This document shows, piece after piece, positions 28,701-39,800 of a DNA stretch of 64,000 nt (position 1 is its first letter; each line of letters begins with the position of its first letter). The notes under the pieces are model-generated. The model saw only the letters and a list, made by a program, of their open reading frames with translations. It was not told the DNA's origin and did not search any database. The stretch lies in NCBI GenBank assembly GCA_030141605.1, contig JAQGDQ010000012.1, positions 1,258,359 through 1,322,358 of the forward strand, written 5' to 3'. The position numbers and the translations under genes were made by a program. This stretch comes from Tubiluchus corallicola (lineage: Eukaryota > Animalia > Priapulida).

Positions 28701-31266
28701 TAAATTATTGGCATAGCATTCATGAATGTGTTTTCACATTACAGGAAACTAACACTGACTGCAACTTTGTTGTTAAGGAGCATAAACCTCGCCATCCGAC
28801 TGTGTCGAATGTTTTTGGGTCCATTAAACGCTCTCAAACTTTTTCACCAGCTGCCGGACACCCGTCGCAATACATATGCCGAGTGTGTAACTTTGCTTTG
28901 TTTATACTTGTTTGATTATTTTGAAAATTATTAGTTGGAGAGACGTTACATTGAAACTATTTTCATTTGTGTATCACTTTTTGATGTCAGGTACTAACAT
29001 GAAATCATAATTTTGTCTCTCACTAGCTATTGTTGCACTTGCTAGAATTTATGTACATATATGTTTCAGTTAAATCGTAGTGATAGTGATAGCTCTATGC
29101 CACTTTATAAACGTGGACCCTTCCAAAGAAATACAATGGAAAGACGCAGTCTTCGTCGTAAGAGGGTAGGTGTCCATATTTGTTATTTTAGTAAATATAG
29201 TGCTAAAATGAAAGCTTTGTCTTGCATAAAGAATAACTATTGTTGAGCTGTTCTAGAGAGTAACTCATTTCCTGTCAAAATGTGTTATTAGCCGGATGTC
29301 AAATCGTTGCTAGCATTTTGCATTTTAAGGGATTCAACTCAATTATTTAACTAGCAGTCATTTTTGTCCAGTTCTGAAAATTTATTTCTTTGCACTATCA
29401 TTATCATTACTTTGTCTAATTTATTGACCAAAATGCATTTGTTCATTGCACACTGGCATACATTTTCGATTTTCCAATAACTCTAGTGTTGTAGTGTGTA
29501 TTGCAAAGCAACGATTAATTTTGTGTATCTGATTCTTTAGACGACCTCATTTGTAACAAGATTCTCCGCAGGTATCTCTGATATAGACAGGAGAGGATAA
29601 ATTGCGATGTTAATAAATGCTCTGGAATGTTATGAAAGACAAATGTTTCAAATTGTTTTTGTTGTTTGCGTAGACTCCTTCCATGTCGGTGTACCGGCAA
29701 CCGAGAAGAGAGCGGACTCAAAGCATGCGGACCTCACTGGACCTAGAGCTGGACCTCCAGGCATCAAAAAATAAACTTGAAAATCTAAATGAGGAAATTT
29801 CTCGCTTGAAGGATTTGAAGAAGATTTTTGAAGAAGCAAAAGCTAAAGGTTAGAGAAGTTTGTTTGCAAATGCTTTTCTACTTCAATTCAAATTATGTGA
29901 TTTAGTAAGAATTTACATTACAATGGTTTGACTTTATAAATCATTACTAAAATTGTTGTAGCTAATGCAGGTTTATTTCTGTATTAGGTGTTGAGCCGCC
30001 CACATGGGTTAGAGAAGACGATAAGTTGCAGACACTGCTGGCCAGTGCTGCTAATAAGCAGGTAATAAGTATTGCACACGTAGTGTAAACCATAATTTTC
30101 AGTATTTTAGTTTTTTCACACATGCACAAAAATAGATATGTTTTTATATATAGTTCAACTAATTTCTTGTAAACTGAACGAGGAAGCTCTCACATTTGTT
30201 GAGCAGCTCATCTAAAAGAATACGCACTCTGTAGTAAAGAAATTTCAGCAGTTGTATTTTACGTGAATGCAGTGCAACGATTAAGATTTTGAATACACAC
30301 ATATCTCAGTTTGCCGGACCTCGCTTTTACGGATTCTGGAAAAATTGGACAAAATCTGGACCGATAAAAGCCCCACATGCTACGTACAGTCCGTTGTTTC
30401 ATGAGCTGACCGCTAGTTGGCGGGCCGTATCTTTGTTTACATCATTATATCAGTGCAACAGAACAGTGTATAATGACACGTGTGTAGCTTGTAGGTTAGG
30501 AGCTCGTACAAGACGTTTTTGAGACAATTAAGTGATTGATTCTACATTACCATACACGGTGACTACTGTGTTAGCTTAGTATCCGTAAATACGGACAATC
30601 AGGAAATTTGGACCAACGTCTCCCCGCTTTTGTACGGCAAACCGAGATATGAATGTAATACTTAATGTTAGATGGTAAGTTTCATTGCATTACAGATAAC
30701 CGTCACATAGTTAAGCTACAAAGGATATATATATATATATATACGACACAAATAATAGCAAAGTTATTCTACATATACATATATATGTATATATAACTGC
30801 AATATATATACTTGCATATATATATGTGTGTGTGTGTGCACTACTACTATTATTGTTGTCACGTCTGAAATGCTAAGTGTTGTTTAAATTCCAGAAGCAG
30901 AAAACAGAAGAAGACAAACGTGTGGAAAAGATGCTCAAAAGAAGAACCAGAGAAATAGAGAAACTTCGAAAAGGCCAAAAGCAGGAACCAGATGCCCATT
31001 CATTTAGGTAAGCCTGCATTCTTTTTCTTTCAAGACCTATAATGTAAAGCCTGTTTGTCAAACTGTTGCTTTGAAGACATTCAAAACTTTTTTCTTTTTG
31101 CGTTATTTTACTTATAGAGCATTTTGTGTTGTTTTGCAGAGAAAAAATGGCATTTTTTGTTTCATCAAATCCATCTGTGCCTGCTATTCCATCCCCTGAA
31201 TCTGATGATGATGATGATGCTGAAAATGATGATATTAACAGCAACATAATTATCGAAAGATTATAG
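13627..31266 (+). CDS. kibra: KIBRA/WWC family Hippo-pathway scaffold (5'-partial, 20 coding exons, ~1165 aa in window)
   Basis: Exons 13627-13736, 14112-14206, 14503-14620, 17339-17498, 20612-20738, 21054-21185, 22701-22849, 23304-23468, 23727-24482, 25056-25202, 25684-25873, 26269-26424, 26750-26996, 27728-27948, 28745-28882, 29070-29165, 29674-29848, 29988-30061, 30895-31007, 31140-31266 join GT-AG in one frame. Family hallmarks: WW2, coiled coils, DSGVFE, C2 domain, acidic tract, [50 protein letters not shown]. Confidence 0.96.
14112..14206 (+). CDS. kibra: KIBRA exon
   Basis: [31 protein letters not shown]; tag|...|gtaaga. Confidence 0.95.
14503..14620 (+). CDS. kibra: KIBRA exon
   Basis: [20 protein letters not shown]...; ttttcag|...|gtaagt. 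Confidence 0.93.
17339..17498 (+). CDS. kibra: KIBRA exon
   Basis: [48 protein letters not shown]; ttttag|...|gtaagt. Confidence 0.93.
20612..20738 (+). CDS. kibra: KIBRA exon
   Basis: [42 protein letters not shown]. Confidence 0.92.
21054..21185 (+). CDS. kibra: KIBRA exon
   Basis: SLVELKDD...[11 protein letters not shown]; aacag|...|gtaagc. Confidence 0.9.
21827..21870 (+). mobile_element. hAT-like MITE terminus fragment
   Basis: caggaccggtc..gcggggccccactgcaaa resembles cagggccgcc..ggggcccagtgcaaa at 53362. Confidence 0.4.
22701..22849 (+). CDS. kibra: KIBRA exon
   Basis: [50 protein letters not shown]. Confidence 0.93.
23304..23468 (+). CDS. kibra: KIBRA exon
   Basis: [22 protein letters not shown]...SNRAISDR. 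Confidence 0.93.
23727..24482 (+). CDS. kibra: KIBRA large Ser-rich exon
   Basis: ORF 23755-24525: [44 protein letters not shown]. Confidence 0.96.
25056..25202 (+). CDS. kibra: KIBRA exon, C2 domain start
   Basis: [31 protein letters not shown]. Confidence 0.92.
25684..25873 (+). CDS. kibra: KIBRA exon, C2 domain
   Basis: YVKAALLP...[28 protein letters not shown]. Confidence 0.93.
26269..26424 (+). CDS. kibra: KIBRA exon, C2 domain end
   Basis: [24 protein letters not shown]. Confidence 0.92.
26576..26727. mobile_element. Short inverted-repeat element (MITE-like)
   Basis: aatcagg..acttcacc and ggtgaagt..cctgatt inverted ends; internal palindrome tttacctaggtaaa. Confidence 0.5.
26750..26996 (+). 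CDS. kibra: KIBRA exon
   Basis: ...[23 protein letters not shown]; 5' boundary could alternatively be the internal cctcag acceptor. Confidence 0.8.
27728..27948 (+). CDS. kibra: KIBRA acidic exon
   Basis: Glu/Asp-rich tract ending MTDK, which joins ETNT of the next exon (DKETNT motif). Confidence 0.9.
28745..28882 (+). CDS. kibra: KIBRA exon
   Basis: ETNTD...[20 protein letters not shown]. Confidence 0.92.
29070..29165 (+). CDS. kibra: KIBRA exon, aPKC-binding region
   Basis: [32 protein letters not shown]. Confidence 0.95.
29674..29848 (+). CDS. kibra: KIBRA exon
   Basis: [40 protein letters not shown]. Confidence 0.94.
29988..30061 (+). CDS. kibra: KIBRA exon
   Basis: [25 protein letters not shown]. 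Confidence 0.9.
30296..30655. mobile_element. Tc1/pogo-like MITE
   Basis: TIR cacacatatctcagtttgccg / cggcaaaccgagatatgaatg (3 mismatches), TA on both flanks. Confidence 0.75.
30895..31007 (+). CDS. kibra: KIBRA exon
   Basis: [37 protein letters not shown]; tandem acceptor CAG-AAG-CAG. Confidence 0.9.
31140..31266 (+). CDS. kibra: KIBRA terminal coding exon
   Basis: [18 protein letters not shown]...IIERL*, TAG at 31264-31266. Confidence 0.9.
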
Positions 31267-32133
31267 AAACGGTCTGTAGGTTCTTCATTATTCAAAAACA
31301 ATTATCGTTGGTGCTGCTTCCATACACACGAGTCTTCCTCAGGAGTTTCTAAAATTCATTGTGTTGTCACACTGTTACCAGTTAACTTTACTATAAGTTC
31401 TCTTCTTTCATTTACTGTGGCAGCTGTTTAGCATTCCAATGGATTTTCCAAAAAAAAGCGACATAGTTCTGGCGAGCTGTTCTGTGAATTGATCTGGTGC
31501 TTTCTTTTGTATTATTTTTAGGCAGTCGCTTTTAATCATTGCCGACTGCAGGCCAGAAGGGTGGCCTCTGTGATTTAATCGTTGTTGATGTTAAACCGTT
31601 TCGTAGACTATTTTTTTACCGTTTTGATAATGAAGTTTTTACTTGTGGCAATTTTGTAAAAAAATCTTTTTGTGAGTTGAACTATAGTGTTAATCAAATT
31701 CCTGTATAGAACATACTTGCATATTATAATACTGTTAATATTGTAACTTGTACATATTATGTAGTGGGGATACATAATCATGATCTTATATTGATTCTTC
31801 TGATTTTTCTGTACCCCAAGCATGAGAAGCAGCCATTTAACAATTTTTATAGTGTTCTCTGTACAGTTTATATAATGCTTTATCACTCTTTAGCACTTTC
31901 ACATAGACAACAAAATAGGATGGTCTTATCTCTATGTTATGAACAGTTAAGTTTTCTATGACTGGTTTTTAAAGATCGTAAGGTAGTTTTTTTCATAAAG
32001 ATTTCAAATAAGCACTTCAGTATCACCATAATGCCTTCTTCTTGGTTAATGTGTCATGTGTAAAATGTGATGCAGTTGAAATTGTTCAGAACTAATTCAA
32101 ATAGTTTTTGTTTTACATGTTTTTTTCTACTTA

Positions 32134-32608
32134 CCGTATATACGTGTATACAAGTCTACCTTATGTACAAGTACCAAAAATTGCATCATTTTATACATTA
32201 CCTGTTTACAAGTCGACCATAAAATATTAAGATCTTTCAGAGTAAATGATCTGGAGCACCTGCACAACATTAGCGATTTCCATGTTCTGATCAAGTGCTC
32301 CGTCGCTATTTTATTTACCGGTAATATATAAATTTTAACTTAATTTCACATACATTAAAATAAATTACAGTAATATTTGTTAATATTGTGAATAATGTCA
32401 AGATGCAAACGTTCTCTGATATGAAGTATCACAGTATGAGTGTTCATTCAGTCCAGAGTATAATGAAGGATTATTTCTTTACATATTCGTATTGTAGACG
32501 ACTCTTTAGCGACATCTCCCAAAAACATATCGTAAGTATAAGACGACCCCAAAAATTTCACCTTAAAATCGCCTCCCAAAAATTCGACTTGTACATAAGT
32601 ATATACGG
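32134..32608. mobile_element. Tigger/pogo-like non-autonomous element
   Basis: TA|ccgtatatacgtgtatacaagtc ... gacttgtacataagtatatacgg|TA. Confidence 0.8.
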
Positions 32609-33599
32609 TAAGTACTTCTAGAACATTTTTTAGGTTTTCGGGATTAAAACTTTTTCTGTGACACAAAACAGAGCGATTTTTCGTGTTGAAACTCTAATTC
32701 AATTGTATTTCAGTCACTGAAATCTTTCTGAATTAAAACGTTTCTCCTCATAAAATCCATAATTTTTCTGTGTGTTGCGGCAAAAGGTGTTATCTCAATA
32801 AAAATCTGCATTTCCTGAGAATATAACTAATTTGGAAATTTGTAGTTTGTGGATTATTGGCATATTATTGTGAATCCTGTCAGTAGTTTTTAGTACTATG
32901 TAAATTCACTTCAGTGATTTTATTGTTTTAGGTATTTAAAAACAGCAGCATGTTCTTGAATGCTGTATAATTATTTCTTAATTTGATACTGTAACATCTG
33001 TGCATGATCTTTTTTACTAGAAATAATAACAAAATTAATATTTAGTTAAATGAATAAAAAAGACTATTGTTGTCGTGCAAACAGTAATAATATTCTTATA
33101 CAATTTATTATTAATACTCAGGTTACTGTGGTAACAAGAAAGTGTTTTTGTAACTAAATTATGCTGTAATTATTAAGATGCTGATATTTTTTAAATATAT
33201 TTCTAAAATTATGGTATTACAGTCTTGAGTTTTAAATTGTAATAGATTCTGAACTTTTGTGAGTTGTGGACAATTTTTCTCAGCTGTCACACTAAGTATC
33301 ACTAAACAAAATCCTATGTGGATTCGATTCGGAGTCAATGGACATGATTTTAGCGAAATTAATAAGCGGCTGTTATAGATGGAATCAAACTTTACTATAA
33401 AAAATAATACATAGTCCTAGTACTAGAGTTATTGCATGTTGACAGGATAAACAAGACATGTTTGTTAAAATAAGTGAATATTTTCAAGCACTGTGCCATG
33501 TTACATTGATGCGTGACAAAAATAACTGGAAATCTTGCAAATGTAGATTACATCAATAGCTTAAGTACACTTAGCAACAAACAAAATATCTATCATAGT

Positions 33600-34760
33600 T
33601 GAAATGGAAAAAGTCCGATATAAACTAGGGACTAGACACTAATCTGCTTGGATCCGCAATAAACACCATGTAAAATGTTATATTATCTCTGGTATAACAG
33701 TAACTTGCTCTTCATAAGTGAAATTCCCACCACTGCTGAGTAAGCTACAAAATTTGCCATTATGAGGCAAATGCTGCATACATATTTTTAGCAATAAACC
33801 CAGCAACAAAAACAGTATGAGCAAAAACTACGGATCCTGCACGTTCTACTTGGTCCAAGGACGTCATTTACGTCTACAGGATACTTGGCAATCTCCATAT
33901 GGATTGATAAAGCCAATGAATCAACAGTGGTCTCTAGATAAGCACAAAATGACAATCACTGTGTAAGACACGTAAAATACTTATATTTAGCCTCTAATCT
34001 GCTATATTTCCAACACGGCCCCTCTCTTGCCTCCATGGTCATTGAACATATACTAACTTTTGCTACTTTTGGAACTCCTGATACAGTCAGACTTTGAAAA
34101 ATTATTTCCTCGTTTTTTTGATAAAACATTATTTTCTTATCACTCCATAGGCGAGTAAATGTTTGCAAGGTTTTTTCTTTACAACACAGCAGACACCCGA
34201 AGTTTTCTTTAAATTTAAAAGGAAAACATAAAAAATTCTAATACCACTATTACCTTTTCTGGTGTTAACTCTGTTACAATATCGCTTAGCTGTATCATGC
34301 TGCTATGTTAAAAAACTCAATTATTTTGTTTTTGATTGTTTTCGCATCAAGTGCTTGTTTTAAAGAATTTTCTTGAAGTCACTTTGTGTGACTTAACGTT
34401 TGTAAAAATTCTTTCTGATTTTTTCCAACCTAACCTTTTTAAATTTTCGTACACCTCATCAAGGCATTTATAGACCACTTCTGGTATCATGACTGACTTT
34501 AAAAGCTGTAATCTTTTATGTGTTTTGCAAAAACCTACCAACATTTTTAACCTAGTTTTAAATACATCTCAGGCCCACACCATACATCCTACTTTTTCTC
34601 TTGTAGAAATAGTCACACCTTATTTCCATTCTCCTTGTATATACGTTCACCCATACACCTAGATATTTGTATCGTGTGCTTTCAAAACTTTCTCTGTTTT
34701 AATTCTCATCCCTGCGTGTAACAATGAATTGCTTGGATTTTTCTGTTTCCTACTTTTAAT
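33600..34760 (-). mobile_element. Highly decayed LINE fragments
   Basis: Minus strand RYKYLGVWVN and LLKSVMIPEVVY (RT end), and an endonuclease-like NDHGGKRGAVL; many stops. Confidence 0.45.
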
Positions 34761-35189
34761 ACCTAATGATTTTTTGTGCTAAATGTTAACGTTATATACA
34801 TAATTATACTCTTGCATTTATTCTTAAATTTGGTGCCCAAGATTATTGCTACGTAATAAAGTGGGCATAAGTTAACTCGCTTACCTGTGACGGGGAGATT
34901 GCTGTGCTTGTGGTGCAGAGATATACCCTTTGGTATAAACAGAAATTAGAATAAGTCGGAACTTGGAACAACTAATTCCAAGGTTTCTGTTATTGTCGCA
35001 AGAAGCGACCCAGGCTGCAAGGCAGCGAGTGCGGACTGGTCAAAGTTTGAAACTTTCGCGAGTTTCGTCTTGCAGACTTTCGAAGTTTCAGAAGAGGTAA
35101 TTCTTGGATTTTGTGTTTTCCTCAAAAAAGATGCATTTCGTTTATTTTATGCTAAGCTATCATTTTAGGGCTTCCGATATATTTAGGTT

Positions 35190-35615
35190 AAATACTTTAT
35201 CCAAACGGTCCTCTCTCAAAAGCTTTTTGAAACTGTCAACTGATGAAGCACTGATGGTTGACATTGGAAGACGAATCCATGGCTGAACTACACGATGCCT
35301 AAAAAGTGAGATCTGGCGTTGGTTTTAGCGGGTTGCACAAATAACTTGGACTCGTGACCACGAAGAGCTCTGTGTGGAAAAAAGTCTGTCAGAATAGTGT
35401 TACCACTAATTATTTTGAAGTAGTTCACAAGGTCTTCAGTCTCACGCCTTTGCTCAAGAATAGAAATTAAAGAGGGATCCAAGTCATTAGTTAAACGAGT
35501 ACATCTGTCAGAAACGAGTTCTTTCAAGTGCATTCTTGAGAGTAGCCTACTGCGGTGACCACACAACCGATGCATATTTCAAAATGGGTGGAACAACAGC
35601 TTTATAAAGATGAAA
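35190..35615 (-). mobile_element. CR1-type LINE 3' end relic
   Basis: LYKAVVPPILKYASVVWSP, LEQRR..DL..YFKI, RGHESKL, PWIRLP..ASSVDSFKK. Confidence 0.85.
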
Positions 35616-36764
35616 ATTAATTGCAATAATTCATGTTTATTTTTATTTTGTAGTACATTCTATGAAAGTGCATTGCTAATTCAATCAATACTAGTTTTGC
35701 ACTAGAGTGATTTTTTATTTTAATTCCATGTATAACTTACATTTATGTTAATCATTTAAATAATTTGATATGTTTAATTATTATTATTAAATAAACAAGG
35801 AGAAACGACGGACTGAGGTGACTTTGCTCAATTCCTCCTACCATATTTGGGCAGCCCATGACCCAGTGCTGCAGTGCGCAGTATATGTGCTAGTGTGGTG
35901 AACAGCACGCAGCAGTTGTATCCAACGGCATCAAAAGTGCCTGAATATAACAGTGCCTTTAACAAACAGAAATCAATCTTCTTGTTGAAATTTGTGTAAA
36001 AAAATATCAAAATACTAACTGCATATATTTTAGTCAAATGTACTTGTATTTCATCTGTTTTTCTTTGATATTTGTGCCTTTTTAAAATAGTTCATTCAAT
36101 GCGCGAGTAAGCGGGGTGGATTAGATCTTGCGTGCACCCACGAAAGTGTTATTAACATAAGGGCGTCCTCGCAGTAACATGAGAGTGAAACTTTTTGTGA
36201 TTTAGTCATTTAGCTTTAATGCTTTTTAGATAACTAGATTCATTTAAACTTCACTGTAAACATTACAGTTTTGTATAAGCGAGGCATCGGTAACTGCGTA
36301 CTTTGACACACAAAAAATACTAGGTTTCGTTAATACAGAGATATAGTAAACATGACAAGCTTAGTTTACCTGCCATTAGAATGTTCGATGCTCACCTCTG
36401 CTGAGTAGTCAAGGATCGGAATTTTTTCCTGAACATTTCAGTGGGTCCACGCTGGTAAATGCTGCCTCCATTAAGTTATTTCTTCAAAGATAATGACATT
36501 TGATTTTTTAGTAAATTTATATTTTTGCAGGCATATGCAGATAGTAACTGTACTCTTTGTGTCTTTATCATATCATTTTTAATGTGTGTTGTTTATTACT
36601 GTGCATTTTAATCATTTTATGCAGTTTATTTTTTTGTGTACAAGCATTGTTGAATATGTAAATGAATAAAGACTGTACAAGTTTTCATTAACTGGTATTG
36701 CACTGGCTTCTTATAATGTAATGTATTTGTTTGAATTTCAGCAAGGAGTTAAATTTACCTGACA

Positions 36765-36872
36765 ATGTTCCGATGTAAACAACTTTGTTATAAAACTGTG
36801 ATAAACATTACTCAGCAATCAGCACATACTGTGGCTAAAGCTACTCCGAAAAGTCATGGACAGAATTTTAAG
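36765..36872 (+). CDS. MCC-beta-like first coding exon
   Basis: [36 protein letters not shown]|gtatca; preceded by acceptor tttcag at 36741. Confidence 0.75.
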
Positions 36873-39800
36873 GTATCATAATGTAGTTCTGCCTAGGGCT
36901 GTGGAGTCGGAGTTAGCAGTTAGCAGTAAATTCACTGCTAAAAGAATCGGAGTCGGAGTTGCTAAAACTTAGGGGTTTGGAGTCGGGATTCGAGAGTACA
37001 CTTATTGTTATAGTTACAAACTCAATTGCCAGTTACTTTTAACTTTTAATGCATTTATGCATAACATCCCATTTGGGACGTTTTTGTATTGGTTTTTATG
37101 CAGCTAGACTGTTTTTCGAGCATAGGAGTCGAAGTTAGTTGGATCTTCTAAAATTCTAGGAGTCGGAGCCAGTGTCAGGAGTTTAATGTACCGACTCCAC
37201 AGTCCTGGTTCTGTCAAATTTAGTAATTGGAAACGTTCATAAGTTGCTAGATGCATACATTGGTTTGAACTATATTGACATTTAACTATGTGTGTTTCTC
37301 TAAGTTTTACTATGTTCTTAACAGGCTTTTAAAAATGATTTTAGCTTCTAGATGGTACAATTGATGACACGTCGCAGCATTTCTGGGAGAGGCGTACTAA
37401 TAGTCGACTCCTTGCGAAAAAGTTTCGCCATGTTTTGGAATTGTGTCAGAACGGAGGTGGAGAGAAAGCAGTCAAAAGACACACAGAGGTAAATAAAAAA
37501 CTTCTGGTCAGGAGACGGTTGCAGCTTCTACTAGACGATATGGAAACCTTTTTGGAAATAGGACCAACTGTTGGTATGAACATGGAATACGGTGACGTTC
37601 CTGCTGCAGCTTCAGTATCTGGCAAGTATGGTTAATTTAAAAAGGTGCACTTCTTTAGTGTTTTTTGTAGCATTATGTTCCATTGTTTATTAATGCTGAG
37701 TTTTTAAAAGCTTCCTCTCTTGCTCATACAATGTTTGTATGATATGAAAATATTCTCGTGAAGATACACAGGTTGCAATCGGCACTAAGTCACACCTCCC
37801 TTCCTAAGCTTAATAAACTTAGTGGCTGACAGTAGCTGCTACTGTGTAAAATAGCTATAAATGTACATTTAAAATGACTGGACATTTTATGATGATTTGT
37901 CCCTTATTCCAGAAAATGTATTACTGTTATGTTTAGCTTAAATGGTTTCGATCAAGGATATGTGCATAATATCAAGATTTTATGTGAAAAAGTAGACATT
38001 GTTACATGACGTCCGGAATGCTGGTCTTCTACAAAAAGTCTACTGCCGCAGGAACTTGTTGCAAAACTAAAATTACAGATATTTTTACTTACATTTGCAA
38101 TAAAATGTTTTCCAGTGTCTTATTATCAAAGTTCAGCATGAAAATTAAAACTTTATTATGCAGCCTGAAGCCTTCAATGAAAATTTTTCTTAGTAGTAAA
38201 TCAAATCTGAATCTTACCTATTAAGAAGGATATTCCAGCTACATCTTTTCACAAGTATAAAAATACATTTAAAACTGCTTATTCATGAACAGTTTAAAAG
38301 ACTTATGTACGTACTAACATTTGACTGTAAACAGCCTAAGTTGCCCTGATTAAACTTTGTGAATATAATAATTAAGAGGGCCTACTAACTGTTAAGTTTA
38401 ATAAATACTATTTTGCTCTGTACTGTAATATCTGGCAACTTCCTGGTGTGTGTAATCTACAATTCTGAAGTCGGTATTATATTCTTACATAATAGAACAA
38501 CGCTAAGTGTCAAATCTGAAAAATAGAAAGCTAACTATCTTAGAAAAGACAGCATGATTTTTATTAATTTTTAAAAAGTTCTGATTTTTCTGAGGTCTTC
38601 CACTTGTTGGATCAATCAGCAACCATTGTCTGACCTTTTTGTCTAAATACAAATAATCTAATCATGTATACACACTTTTGCAATATATTCGATATGTTTA
38701 AGTATATTCCGCATACGCATTTACCGCGGTGTTTGTAAGTAAAGTTCTGACACTGTGGAGCAGCTAGTCAATTAAAGTGGCTGATTGGTGAGATGGACTC
38801 CCACTAGTTGACTGATGTTTTGCTATCCCTCCATTAGATTCATTAGCTGGTTATATGTGCAAGTTGTGTATTCTTCTTTCTTGATATTATTTGTGGGCAA
38901 CAGTTACCACCTTCAGAAATTTGTACTCTACTGTGATGAGTAACTCATTAATTTTTTTGCTATGAACATTTAGGCATAGGAAAGATCAGTGGTCGTTGGT
39001 GTATGCTAAATGCAAGTGATGCGACAGTCAAGGGTGGTACCGTTTATCCCATGGGTGTTAAAAAACAACTTCGTTCTCAGGAAATTGCCGAAGAACTTCG
39101 TCTGCCGTGTGTTAATTTAATCGACAGCGGTGGGGCATTCCTTCCTTTGCAGGTATGTGATGAAATTTTGGCGACTTTCATGTTAGAATGTATAAGAGAG
39201 GTGATGCCAAGTGATTATTCTTCAAATTGAGTTATCACACTTAATCTTTACATCAATTACTTAATTTGAAGAACAATCATTCACTTTGGAAAGTCTACAT
39301 GAGAACTATTCAGTTTAGAATATTTGCAAAAATATTTGTTGAATATTATGTTTCGGATTATCTTCTGCACTTGCTCAGTTTTTCGGATTATGACTGCTCT
39401 ATTAAGGAAATCATCAGATATGAAGGAATCTCAAAGTAATCACAGCATGGCAATGGTGACAGTAGTGCAGTATGTACTTTTTGAAGGTAGCGACGTTGTG
39501 CCATTTTTAAATGTGGTTTAAATCACAAAAACTGTTTTTCTTTATAATATCTTTTTCGTTTTGCTAACTAATAATTTGCATCACAATTTTTATGTAATCA
39601 TGAAAATGTATGTGTTGCACTTTTTCATCAGGCAGAGATATTTCCTGGCAAAGAGCATGGTGGAAGGACATTCTACAATCAGGCAATAATGAATTCCCTA
39701 GGAATTCCACAGGTATGCTTTAATGACACGAAAAAACTTGGTATCTTCGTTTTGACCAATTCTTTAGGACATGTATGTTTTTATCCAAAAAATAATGGGT

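Noticed and set aside
29541-29571. Possible KIBRA micro-exon (ttctttag|...gcag|gtatct)
   Set aside because: It is 31 nt inside a phase-0 intron and would frameshift; the flanking exons join correctly without it.
30873-31301. 142-aa minus-strand ORF
   Set aside because: Antisense shadow of the last two KIBRA exons.
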